Shown piece by piece: positions 16,822-29,229 of a DNA stretch of 64,000 bases. The notes beneath the pieces are model-generated. The model was given only the letters and a program-made list of their open reading frames with translations. It was not told the origin of the DNA and did not search any database. Source of the DNA: the human T2T-CHM13v2.0 reference genome, Homo sapiens; the NCBI RefSeq assembly GCF_009914755.1, contig NC_060931.1. One strand, written 5' to 3'. Position numbers and translations under genes: made by a program. The number at the start of each line of letters is the position of its first letter. Positions within the stretch are counted from its first letter, which is position 1.

Positions 16822-19055
16822 GGTAGAAGATCAACAAGGCAATATAAGATTTGAACACTCTAAACCAACCAGACCTAACAGATATCTGTAGAACATTCTA
16901 TGCAACAACAACAGAATATATACTTTTCTCAAGTTCATATGGAACATTATCAAAGATAGATAATATGCTAGTTATAAGACAGGTCTCATTAAATTAGAAA
17001 GAATTGTAATCATACCGAGTACATTCTCCAACCATAATGAGTTAGAGACCAACAAGAGAAAGAAATTGAGGAAATCTATGATTGTGTGGAAGTTAAACAA
17101 CACACTCCTAAAAAATCAATGGGTTAAATAGGAAATAAAAGAGAAAATTAGAAAATACTTATATATAAATGAAAATGAAGATACCACCTATCAAAACTTA
17201 TGGGATACAGCTAAAGGCTATATTAAAACAGAAGAAATATTACAAGTCAATCACCTCACCTTCCACTTTAAGACACTGCAAAACAAAGGCAAACTAACCC
17301 TAAAGCAAGAATAAGAAACGATATAGTAAAGATTCGGACAGAAATGAATGAAATAGAGAATTTAAAAATACAGAAAAATCAATGAAATTAAGAGTTGGTT
17401 CTGAAAAAATGAACAAAATTAGCAAAACTTAAGCTACCCTGAAGCCGAAAAAGATGTTGTTGAAAACAATGAAGACTGAAATAAGTGAAAAGACATCCTA
17501 TGTACATGGATCAGAAGACTTAACATTGGTAAAATGGCAATAGTCCCCAAATTGGCTTATAGATTTAACACAGCCCCTTTCAATACCCCACCTGGTTTCT
17601 TCGCAAAAACTGACAAGCTGACTTTAAAATTCATTTAAAAAATTGAAGAAAGCCAGAATAGCTAACATAATCTTGAAAATGAGCAAATTTGGAGGTCTAA
17701 TGCTTTCCAATTTCAAAACTTCATATAAAGCTACAATAATCAAGACAGTGTGGTACTGCAAGAAGGGTGGACATGTGGATCAATGGACTAGAATTTAGAG
17801 TCTAAAAATAAATTCTCACATTGACAGTCAATTGACTCTTGACAACTGCTAAAACAAATAGGGGAAGGGATAGTCTTTTCAATAAACAATACTGGTACAA
17901 CTAGTTATCTGTCAGCAAAAATTGAAGTTGGACCCACACTTCACATTGTATATAAAAACTAAGTAAAAGTGGATTATAGACTTAAAAGTAAGAGCAAAAC
18001 CTCTAACCCTCTTAGAAGAAAACATAGGCATAAATCTTCATTACCTTGGATTTGGCAATAATACCTTAAATATGTCACCAAAAGCACAAATAACAAAAGA
18101 AAAAATAAAATAACTGACTTAATCAAAACAAACTTTTGTGCTGCAGAGGGCACCATCAAGAAAGTGAAAAGATAACTTACTTAGTGAGAGAAAATATTCG
18201 CAAGTCATATCTAATAAGGGACTGTATTCAGAATATGTAAAGAACTCTCACAACTCAATAATAAAGATACAAACAGTACAATTTAAAAAATGGTAAAGGA
18301 CCTGAAAAGACATTTTTCCAAAGAATATATACAAATGGCAAGTCAAAACCACAATGAGACACCACTTTACATTCATTAGCATGACTATAATAAAAAGAAA
18401 TAATTATAAGTATTGGTGAGGATGTGAAGAAATTAGGACCATTATATACTGCTGGTAGAATGTAAAATAGTACAGCCACTTTGGAAAACATCCTGAATTT
18501 CCTCAAAAAGTTGAACATACAATTATCTTATGATCCAGCAATCCTATTCATAAGAAATGAGAACATATATCCAAACAAAAAGGTTGTACATGAATAATTG
18601 TAGCAGCATTATTTATGGCAGCCAAAAGTAAAAACAACCCAAATGTTCATCAGCTGATGAGTGGATAAAAAATATGTAGTATAGCCATACAATGGAATAT
18701 TATTGGGCAATATAAAGGAATGAAGTACTGATACATCATACATACAATGTGGATAAATGTTGAAAACATTTTAGTAAATGAAAGAAGCTAGTCACAAACG
18801 ACCATATATGGTATAATTCCAGTCATATGAAATGTCTGGAAAATCAAATCCAAAGAAACAGAAGTAGATTGGTAGTTACCTAGGGCTGGGAGGATTTGAG
18901 AGGATAGCTAAAAAGAATATGGATTTTTATGGCATGATGAAAATGCTCTAAAATTGTGGTGATGCTTGCACAACTCAGAATATGCTAAAAACCATTAACT
19001 TATAGGATTTAAATGAATGATATGTATGGTATATGAATTATATTTTAATAAAACT
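16822..19055 (+). mobile_element. L1MB-class LINE (EN region to 3' end) with large internal deletion
   Basis: EN-region GACCTAACAGATATCTGTAGAAC; L1MB7/8-type 3' end TGATGAAAATGCTCTAAAATTGTGGTGATG...TATGAATTATATTTTAATAAA. Confidence 0.85.
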
Positions 19056-19069
19056 TCTATCAAAAAGAT

Positions 19070-20060
19070 CAATAATGTGTCAGCAGTAGACTATATACAT
19101 CAAAGGATAAATTAATGAACTGGAAGATTAACCTGAGAAAAATCACTCTGAATTCAGTACAAAAACACCAAGAAACAGAGAATATGAAAGAGAAATACAG
19201 TTTGAGAAGCTCTGGCTTGTGTCTAGTGGAGTTCCAAAAATAAGGAATATAACATATGGGAAAAAGAAGATATTTACAAAGATCGTGGCTAATTATTTTC
19301 CATAATTTAGGAGAGATCAAAAGCCCCAGACTGAAGGAGTTCATATTGATATTACATAATAGACAAAAAAAAAAAACAAACAAACAAAATCACCACAAAT
19401 GCTGAGAGAAAAATTATGTTGCTTTTAAAGGAATATTTAGACTAAAAAAATTTTTGTTCAGTGACAATGGATGCCAAAAACAGTGAAACATCTTTAAAGT
19501 GCTGAAGGAAATAAACTTTTACCTAAAAACTCCATATCCATCTAACCTACCATTGAATAATTAAAATAAAGACAACTCAAGAAATCTAAAAAGTTGGCCG
19601 GGTGCGGTGGCTCATGTCTGTAATCCCGGCACTTTGGTAGGCCGAGGTGGGTGGATCACCTGAGGTTAGGAATTCCATACCAGCCTGGCCAACATGATGA
19701 AACCCCGTCTTTACTACAAATAAAAAATTAGCCAGGCATGGTGGCACACACCTGTGATCCCAGCTACTCAGGACGCTGAGGCAGGAGAATCGCTTGAACC
19801 TGGGAGGCAGAGGTTGTGGTGAGCCGAGCTTGCGCCACTGCACTCCAGCCTGGGTGACAAAGCAAGACTTCATCTCAAAAAAAAAAAAAAAAAACAAAAT
19901 AAAATAAAATAAGAAAGAAATCTAAAAAGTTTCACTATTAATGGATCGTTGCTTTACGAACTACTGATTGATGTAATTCAGCAGGAAGGAAATTAAATCC
20001 AGAAAAATCTATGGACTTAACAAAAAATGGTAAGCAAAGAAATTATAAGTATGTTGGGTA
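19070..20060 (+). mobile_element. Very old L1 ORF1-like / HAL1-like fragment
   Basis: A-rich ORF1-type sequence (AATTAATGAACTGGAAGATTAACCTGAGAAAAATCAC; CATCTTTAAAGTGCTGAAGGAAATAAAC). Confidence 0.6.
19596..19914 (+). mobile_element. AluSx-like with perfect 17-bp TSD
   Basis: TSD AAGAAATCTAAAAAGTT at 19579-19595 and 19915-19931. Confidence 0.97.
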
Positions 20061-20222
20061 TAGTGGAAATGCAACTGAGTCCTATCCAATCATCCTATAT
20101 TTCACATCAAAGTATCGAGCAATATGATCAAATCTGATAATGAACAGATTTGGGGTCTTAGTCTACGAGAATCTTTTTCTGGTTTGAAAAGATTGAGTTT
20201 CCTATAGATAGAGCTGAGATAC

Positions 20223-20463
<241 letters not shown>

Positions 20464-20494
20464 AAGCTGAGATACTTTTTAAATGTTCTTTGAG

Positions 20495-20550
20495 TGTGTA
20501 TGTGGTGTGTGTGTGCGTGTGTGTGTGTGTGTTTGTTTGGTGTTTGTTTG
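20495..20550. repeat. (TG)n microsatellite, imperfect
   Basis: GTGTGTGTGTGCGTGTGTGTGTGTGTGT. Confidence 0.9.
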
Positions 20551-20847
20551 GAGAGAGAGGTATGTCTAACTTGCTACAAGCCTTCCCTCCTCCACTCAGG
20601 AAGTTTGTAGTCAGCAGACCAAATTACTGAAATGCAAGTACTGGTGCTCCTTGGTTCTTTACCTTCTCCCTCTATTCTCCAGCTCTTACACTTCACTCCT
20701 CTCACTCCCTTTCCCTGTCCTCTGTCCCTGTTGGTAGTAATTCCTCCACTGATTGCTAGACACTGGGTGAAAAGCCAAAAAGCTATTTAGTGTATCGATA
20801 TCATGGAATCCACTTGGCAGTTAGTTACATTTAACCTGAGTCCTGCA

Positions 20848-20914
20848 ATGAGCAATGATAGTGCCACTGTACTCTAGCCTGGGCAACAGAGCAGACCCTG
20901 TATCAAAAAAAAAA
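20848..20914 (+). mobile_element. AluJ/FRAM 3' fragment
   Basis: TGCAATGAGCAATGATAGTGCCACTGTACTCTAGCCTGGGCAACAGAGCAGACCCTGTATC plus A-tail. Confidence 0.85.
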
Positions 20915-22555
20915 TCTATAGTCACTGACAACTATTAAAATGGGTTTTGTCTCTTTTATTTCTATCATAGTCTATTCAGTATATCAATATGAGATGAAAT
21001 GGCCAACTGTTGGCCAGAGTTTGGAATAGCAAGTCTCCTGTAAATTACACAATGTACCGAGCTCAAAGGCTCAGAGAACATGTGAATCATTGCTGTTTGG
21101 ATATGATGCAGTACTGCTAAGTGCCTTTTCATCTTATATGCCAAGTTCTCATATGATTGAGAAAACTCACTCTCTGGAGGTCCAAGGAGGCATCATTAAA
21201 TGGTGACTGTTGGTGCAGTAAAGTCTTAGTTCTGCCTCAGTGACCTGATCTATTACCTCAGGGCCTCATTCTCTTTCCAAGTCACAATGTTACTTTTCCT
21301 TTTATCTTGTAAGGGCCTAGAACATTTATAGCATTGACGTCAATAATCTGATGACTTCCGTGCAGTTGGCAGAGATCAGCTCACATTTCTATCATTCATT
21401 TGCTTGAACAATCACAAACGGAAAGACAAGCAGACCCCTTTCCACTCTCGTGCTATGTTTACCCTAAGTACTTTGCTGAGACTTGGCAACAACCAATGGA
21501 ACCAGGAGATAATTTGTTTGGATTAGGTCAATAGTCACCCTCTGATGTTTTTATCTATCTTGTTTGTGATGCTGCAGTGGTCTCTCTTCTGACATTTCAT
21601 CCTACTCATTAATGATTTAGACAAATCCATCTTATAAATGACACAGAGAGCTGAATCACTAGTATTTACTTATTTTTGAAATTCACATTTAAGTCAATAA
21701 TTATTTTTTAAATGTCATCAATATACGCCTACTAAGCTTAGTTTCTTAAGTAAGAAAATATAGATGGAAACTCAAAGAATTCCACTTTATGCTATACAGA
21801 TATGTACAAACATGTAGCTGCTTAGAAAGACCATTCTCACTGCTCTCATAATTTCAATTATTTTGAAGAAGGTGTTTCTTTCTTTTCTTGATAGATTAAG
21901 TTTAGTAACTTTTTTTAAAAGAAAGAGAATAGTTAGGGAAATAAGAAGTACTCTGCAGTTTCTATGTTTCTATGTAAATCTCTAACCATGCTTTGTATTT
22001 TGATTTTCATATGTCTCTTCCCTTCCCTTCCCTAAAGAATCTGAATATCTGACATAGGCAACTTATGTCTTTCATGAGTTCTAGTGCCTTTGCAATATAC
22101 TTCTTATTCTATCGTCACATCATCTACCTCATCTTAATACATAGCATTTCACAGTTTTCAATCTCTGGTATCTATTTTGGTTTTTACAACAATCCTATGA
22201 TGTAAGGGAGTCAGATATTGCATGCCTTTCCATTTTATCCCTGGTGTGAAATGTTTTTCTTCTGATAATTAGTGTAACTACAATAAAATTAATTTAGCTT
22301 CAAGAATTTTACAATGCCCAGTGATATAACACTTCTTGAGAGTACCATGAAATAAACCTGGAACCAAGGTAGTGGGAAAGAGGGTAGCATTTAGAAAATA
22401 TCAGAAAAGCCTGGAGCTACACTAAAACAATGCCCTGGTTGGCTTCTTAGCCTCTTCCATGTTTTGCATGCATGCCTCTCAGGCCACATGTTAAACTTTC
22501 TTTACGTTTTCTTTTCTTCACCCTACCCCCTGTTTTTTAGTGATTCCCCTAGGAA

Positions 22556-22627
22556 TCAGGAAGTTTGTAGTCAGCAGACCAAATTATTGAAATGCAAGTA
22601 CTGGTGCTCCTTGGTTCTTTACCTTCT
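22556..22627 (+). repeat. 72-bp dispersed copy of 20596-20667
   Basis: 71 of 72 bases identical, offset 1960 bp. Confidence 0.97.
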
Positions 22628-22789
22628 AGTGATTCCTAGATTCCTAGATTCCTAGATCCCCTAGGAATCAATAAAAAACAAAGAACAAACATTTGTTTGT
22701 TAAATGTTTAAAAAACATTTGTTTTTTTTTAAAAAAAGACCTTCATAAAAAATTGAGGTATGGAATATGGAGGAGCTTGAATACTGTAC

Positions 22790-23182
22790 AAGTCAGGAGA
22801 AGTAACTGCTGGCTGCTTTGACAGTCAACTTCAAAATCTCACTTGCTTAACACAACAAAGAATTATTTCCTGCTCTTATTACAGTCGAATGAAGGCCAGA
22901 CAGATTTACTCCAGTGGTTTCTCAGAGATGCAGGCTGCTTCTACATTGCAACAATAGTATCTCAAAATTCTTTGCTTCCAATATCACCAATGAGAGAGAG
23001 AGAGAGAGAGAAGAGTATTGTGGTGAATTCACACTGGCTCATAACTGCGTTGGACTCACAGTAGCAAGTCATACACACTCGCATTTCCATTGGCCAGAAC
23101 TAGTTATGCAATTCCAACCTAATTACAATGCTGAAAAATGTAGAAGAGTATGTAGAGTATTTGGTGAGAACTGTTTCTGCTG
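22790..23182 (-). mobile_element. Old MaLR LTR (MLT1J/K/L-like) containing (GA)n
   Basis: CAAAATCTCACTTGCTTAACACAACAAAGAATTATTTCCTGCTC and CCATTGGCCAGAACTAGTTATG motifs. Confidence 0.7.
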
Positions 23183-23204
23183 TTAAAGAACAGAATGATT
23201 TTGA

Positions 23205-23580
23205 TTCGTAGAAAATTAGAGCTGAAAAAGATTTTATAGGACATCTAGACTAATCTATTTCTTTCTTTTTACAGATTAGAGAAGAATCAGAGATTAGAGC
23301 AGTTAAGAGACTTGGTCAAAGTTGTATATTCCTAAGACGTGACAGAGGGAGGAGTTTCTATCATAATAACTAGTGTTTATTCAACTCTGGTTGTGGGCCA
23401 GGTACTGTGCTAACATATTTACATGTCTTCTCTCCCTGCTGCATCACACTAGCCCTGTGAGACAGACACTGTTCTTATCTTCATTTTAAAGATGAGAAAA
23501 ATAACAAGTAAAATATCTCAGGTCACGCAGGTAATAAAAGGCAGAAAGGAGATTCAAACCCAGACTGTGTATCATGAAAA
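23205..23580 (-). mobile_element. Two adjacent MIR fragments
   Basis: TTTTACAGATTAGAGAAGAATCAGAG and CCAGGTACTGTGCTAAC...CATTTTAAAGATGAGAAAA...GGAGATTCAAACCCAG. Confidence 0.75.
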
Positions 23581-23989
23581 ATGCCAACTTACAATCAATC
23601 TATTTTTTGATGCCCACTCTTTTTGCTCTGGTCCCCAAATTCCCCTTGGGATCATACCACAAGATGACACAGCTCTAAACTTAAATAATAGAAAAGTCTT
23701 CATCCAAGGACACTGCTGCAGGAACTTTAAAAACAGAAACTGCTGCAATATCCTTGATTGTCTAGAAGACATGTTGAAGTTACTTGTGAGAGTAGAGACA
23801 AAGCTATGCCATAAACATGGGCAAATCACTACTGGATTAGCATGGAGAAATCTGCCCCTGGCTATATACGGGGTGTTTCCTGTAAGGCCTAGGGGGATTT
23901 TCTGTCATGTGGGAAGTAGCCATTTCACAATACTAGATCACAAACATTGACTTACACCCACAAGGTAAGTGAATGGAGAAAATAAATGT

Positions 23990-23993
<4 letters not shown>

Positions 23994-24027
<34 letters not shown>

Positions 24028-24039
24028 GCGCGCGCGCAT

Positions 24040-24060
<21 letters not shown>
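23994..24060. repeat. Compound (TG)n(CG)n...(TA)n microsatellite
   Basis: Direct reading of the sequence. Confidence 0.95.
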
Positions 24061-24361
<301 letters not shown>

Positions 24362-26868
24362 GCAATGTGTATTTAAAAAGAAAATGCTAAATCAAATATC
24401 GTGGTCATTTCTTCCGGTTCTTGTTCTTCCATTTGACAGCACTACTGGGAGTTTCAGTCATAATTGTTTACATTCAAACAAGTAGTAGTGATCAAAGCCT
24501 AGAGTTTTAAAGTTAGCTACTTTATCATCATGGCAAAATTCTTCATTCATTAAAAAAGACAAAAATTGATTTATAAAATTGTTTCTAACAAAGATCAAAT
24601 TTTATGTGCTTACCGCAGTGCCTGGAATATAGTGAACATTAGTAAATGGAAGCTTTTGCTATTGTTATTCTTCTATTATTACTAGACATCTTAGCCAGCG
24701 CATCACTATAAAGCCAGTTTGTTCCCACTTTAAACTTTTCAATTTTTTTTATCCCAGTGGAGATACAAAATTTCACTGGGGGGGATGAGTGGGAATGAGA
24801 TAAAATTACTCATCTTATTTATTTAACTGAAATGACTCCTTGCTTTTGAATTCACCAAACTGCCAAGATGTTTTGGCCTGGTTCAGACCCAGTTTGCAAT
24901 TGGAGGGCCACCAATATTCAGGCATAGAACCACATCCTTTCTAAAACATGTGGACACAGGCCAGATGAAACATGAGATAACTAAGTGAGTACCAGTCCAA
25001 ATAAGTGTTTTGGAGAGAAAATAAGTTTCTGTTATCCAGTCTTGATGAGGTCTTATGGTGAATGAAGCATGTTGTCCAGGAAAAATTAGTGTAGTTGCCA
25101 TCAGAAAAACTGCTAGGAGTCCTGACTCTTATTACTCATTTGTTGAGTCTCTCACTTTGTTCAGAGTTATCTGTTTTTCTTTCTTTCTTTTTTTACTGTT
25201 AAGTTGGTAGTTATTTTGGGAATACAATAAGATGGCATAGTAAAGTGTCTCACAAATAATTCCATATTGACATACAACCCCACCATAACATAATAAATTA
25301 GGCCTAAAAATTCAGCTATGTAAGACATGGAGTCACTTTGTTACATGATGAATGCAGAAAGTTCCTGGGTCCAAGTGTGCCATCCACATCTGCCCAGGTT
25401 CTGCTGAGGTTGGACATGTCTTGTCTCTCCCAGTCAGTTGACCAGATGGAGCCAGGGGGAATATTCAGGATTCAAACATCCATTTCTATCTCCCTGCTTC
25501 CCAAGATGGTTTGAGATTGTTTGCCATTTCCTCTTCTGGCTTCGCCTTCTTTTCCTCCCACCCAAATAAACTTTAGTTTTCTTCGGCTGAGAATGGGGTT
25601 GATCAGAAGATGAAAGTCATTCGTAATTATGTTATATCCAAGTCCATCTTATCAGAGGATTTTAACTATATTCTTTAGACAAGTTATCTGTAGCTACGTG
25701 CGTAATGGAATAGAGAAAAGTTTATTCTCCTGATTGTTCTTAAGAAAAGCACTGCATTCACTTGAGGAAATAATTTGATATGCTGTAATTTATGTTATGC
25801 ATGAGGTAAGAAGAGAAATTGACATTACCGCTGAGGAGATAAAGTGGCTTTGATAGGTGGGTAGGGTGGAGACAACACAGAAAGGAAGAAGCAAGAAAAG
25901 AACGTAGGAGAAAAGAGGCTTAGAGACTTGGCAGAATATCATGCTCTGGGCTCCTGGTAATTCCTGAAGCCTCAGTGTGTGTACAAACTCCAAATATATA
26001 CTTGTAGTTGTTGGAATTCTCATGGAAATCTGGAAAAGAGTTGAATTCTGGATCTAGGTTTTCACTTGGCTGATATGGAAAGAGCATAGATGAACACAGG
26101 CATATAGGCACCCTTCAATATCTGAGTTATTTATAAAAGGTCCCAATACTACTAAATAAGATAATTGCTTAAATCCAAGTCATTTAATATGCACACAAGA
26201 ATCTCTGTGAAATGGTCTCAATTTAACATCAACATTTGAGCCTGGGTCCATATAACCCATAGAAAGCTTAATTTATGGCTTCTGTTTGACCTTATTCTAG
26301 AACATGGTGAAGTCTTGAGACTTAGAGCAGGGAAGACCACTTTCCTTAAATCCTTTTAGATTGCAAATAAGCCAGAATTCATGGCTGGTTTCTCCATATC
26401 AAATAAACAACATTTAGAACTCTGGGAATTATTCATATGAAATTGAAACTTCAGAGAATGCCATTTTACAAAAAGAAATTCATCCCATGGCCACTGCACT
26501 TACATTTTCTACATTTTGTCTCTTAAGCCATAAAAGGAATGTTGTTTTCAGCTGTTCATCCACATGTAGTTGATATATGGAGGAAAAAAAGCTCATTTGA
26601 CTACTATGTGAAATATTTATTATCTAAGTTATTAAAACATTACCCAAGACCAGTGCTCCTGACTTTGTCCCAATACCCTCTGAGAGGTATCACAAATTCT
26701 AATCAGTATCAGTGGCTTCTCAAGACATGTCACTCCTTTAAGAAGTGGACAGAGAGGGGAAGAAAGATGGACACCAGTCCATTTGTGAGAAATGTGTGAA
26801 GCTTATATCAGAATTTCCAGGGCTTTGTGTTCAGTTAGAAAGAGCTTCTCTTGTTCATTCTGAGGATC

Positions 26869-27275
26869 TGTTATGGGCTGAATTGCATCCCCCAAAACCC
26901 ATGTGCTGAAGTCCTAACTCCCCCAGCAACCCCATTCCCCAGTACTTCAGAAAATGATCTTATTCAGAGATACAGTCTTTACAGAGGTAACCAAGTGGAA
27001 ATGAAGTCATTAGGGTTGGCCCTAATGTAATATGACATTAGGTATCTCTATTTAGAAAAAGAGAAATTAGAAGACAAAGTGGAGACTATGCAAAGATACA
27101 GGGAGAAGGCCATGGAAACATGAAGACAGCCATTTACAAGCCAAGGAGAGAAACAACCCAGCCAATACTTTCATTCTGGACTTCTAGACTCTAGGACTGT
27201 GGGGCAGTAAATTCCTGTTGTTTAAGCCAGCCAGTATGCGGTACTTTGTTACTGAAATCCTAGCAAACTAATATA
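26869..27275 (+). mobile_element. MaLR solo LTR (MLT1B-like)
   Basis: TGTTATGGGCTGAATTG start; TTGTTTAAGCCAGCCAGTATGCGGTACTTTGTTAC...CTAGCAAACTAATATA end. Confidence 0.88.
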
Positions 27276-27469
27276 TTGACCTTCCAACACTGAGAAAGGC
27301 AAGTGGTACAAAGCTAACCACATTTCAATTATCATAACTCTATAAGTGAGAAACTGCTAGAAAGTAAATTGTGGAATTTGTTTTAGGTGAATGAAGGCCA
27401 ATGGGCAGGCTTTTCTAGGACTAGAGGTAAGAAAACAATGTACTAATGTATACTTTTCCTTTAACCAAA

Positions 27470-28220
27470 CCATTTATCTTTATTGCAAAAAATAATACAA
27501 TTATAATGTCCTGACTCCAATTCTGATACTTTTTTCCTACAAATTTCCACTCACTGAGAATTTATAAAAAGAAAATAATTCAAAAGCCCATCACCTTAAT
27601 AAATAAATGTTTGGATTTTTGCATTTATTCTTTATTTTAATCTAGATGAATGCTTAATTCCTCTTACATTTAATCATAATATAGGAGATTTGTAGTTCAA
27701 TTTTCCCCTTTAACAGTGATTCTCAACCAGTGTCATTTTGATAATTTCCACCCATAGGCCAGGACTTTTGGCAACATCTGGAGACATTTTTGGTTGTCAC
27801 AGCTGGGGTGATGGTGCTACTGATATCAAGTGGGTAGAAACCAGTGATTCAGCTCACATCTTATAATACACAAGACAATCCCCCAACACCAACTAGTAGA
27901 ATCTGGCCCAAAATGTCAGTGGTGCTGGGGTTGAGAAACTTTGTCTTTCAGTAAGATATCATCAATGTTTTCCATGTTGAATAATAGCTGAGTGGTCTTT
28001 ACAATATTTTCTGCACAAAATTCCTTTTCTGCACACTATTCTATTAAATTAATGTATTATAATTTATCTAACCAATAACCATGTAATGTGCTATTCAGGA
28101 TGTTTCTAACGTCTCACTATTATAAATAAAGGTGCAAGTATTTTTTTATTTACATAGCTTTTTAGATGATCTTAAAGAAAAATTTCCAACACTGAGATTT
28201 AGATTAAAGGCTATGAATAC
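27470..28220 (-). mobile_element. Degenerate L1ME-class fragment interrupted by MER20
   Basis: AATTTATCTAACCAAT...TCAGGATGTTTCTAACGTCTCACTATTATAAATAA. Confidence 0.5.
27714..27943 (+). mobile_element. MER20 (hAT-Charlie)
   Basis: TIRs CAGTGATTCTCAACC / GGTTGAGAAACTTTG; internal TTGGCAACATCTGGAGACATTTTTGGTTGTCAC. Confidence 0.92.
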
Positions 28221-29170
28221 GCCAAACAGCAATTATTTCCTTTGTCAGTGAGAAATGGTTATAAGCCTTACTTACTGATATACATGCTTTTCTTTCTAGG
28301 GAAGCACTTTAATTTTTCTCATTTCTGAGTTGCCACAGGACATTCACAGTGTGTTCAAGGATTGTCCTTTATTCTTTACCACAACTAAAGAATATAAGTA
28401 ACCTCATCAAAATTTTCCTAAGACCATTAATGACTCATTACTTCATTTTAGAGGTCACTGTGGCCTACCACTGATTCAACCTTAAATCATCACTGCTACT
28501 TGACTCTGAACAGCTTTTATCAAAGCAGAACCAGGTAACATCCACTTGATCACAGTTAGAAGTATGCTCCTAACTCACTTACAGGAAGTAATCGGTTAAC
28601 CGATCACAAGTTATCACAAGCTTACTTCTTAAAGGGGCCTCTTCCTTTTCCTTTGGAATCATGTAAAAGTTACTTTACATTACAAAAGCATTAGACAGCA
28701 AGTTATAAAGCACTAGGCTTGAACTTTTAAGACTGTACTAAAGGGTGAGTGGGTTATTAGAATAACAACAACAACAAAAAAATACCATGAGGACCTATCC
28801 TTTCTTCATGTTACTAAGGAGTCCTCTTAGTAACCAAGACATTCTTTCAAAGAAAAAAACAAATGGTTGTAGGTGACAAAAGGTGACTTTTCCATGGCCC
28901 TGTGAAACAAACCATCCCTTTACACCCTTTGTCTCTCTGCCTAGACAGCCCCAGCTAAGTAAAAGATTGTGGTAGTCAGGTCTCTGGGCAGGTGGTATCT
29001 AGCACCACATTGAAAATATATCCTAGGTGCAGTAATGGGATGAGAATAGAGACAGCTGCTGAATGATGAAGGTGGGAGTGCACAAGGGTGAAGTGATGAA
29101 ACAGGTACAGAAACACTTGCTTTCACAGGTCAGATGGGCCGGGGCAATATTCTAATACTAACCTTTGGGA

Positions 29171-29229
29171 TAATATATATATATAATATATATATTTGGG
29201 ATAACAAATATATATATATATATTTGTTA
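29171..29229. repeat. (TA)n tract containing a 28-bp perfect palindrome
   Basis: TAACAAATATATATATATATATTTGTTA at 29202-29229. Confidence 0.9.

Noticed and set aside
22628-22670. CRISPR-like repeat structure
   Set aside because: 8-bp units without spacers in eukaryotic DNA and no cas genes; better explained by template switching.
23492-23950. 152-aa ORF
   Set aside because: It starts inside a MIR core (AGATGAGAAAA), has no recognisable domain, and its length is compatible with chance.
28810-28834. 9-bp stem hairpin GTTACTAAG...CTTAGTAAC
   Set aside because: A stem this short with a 7-nt loop is expected by chance in 64 kb.
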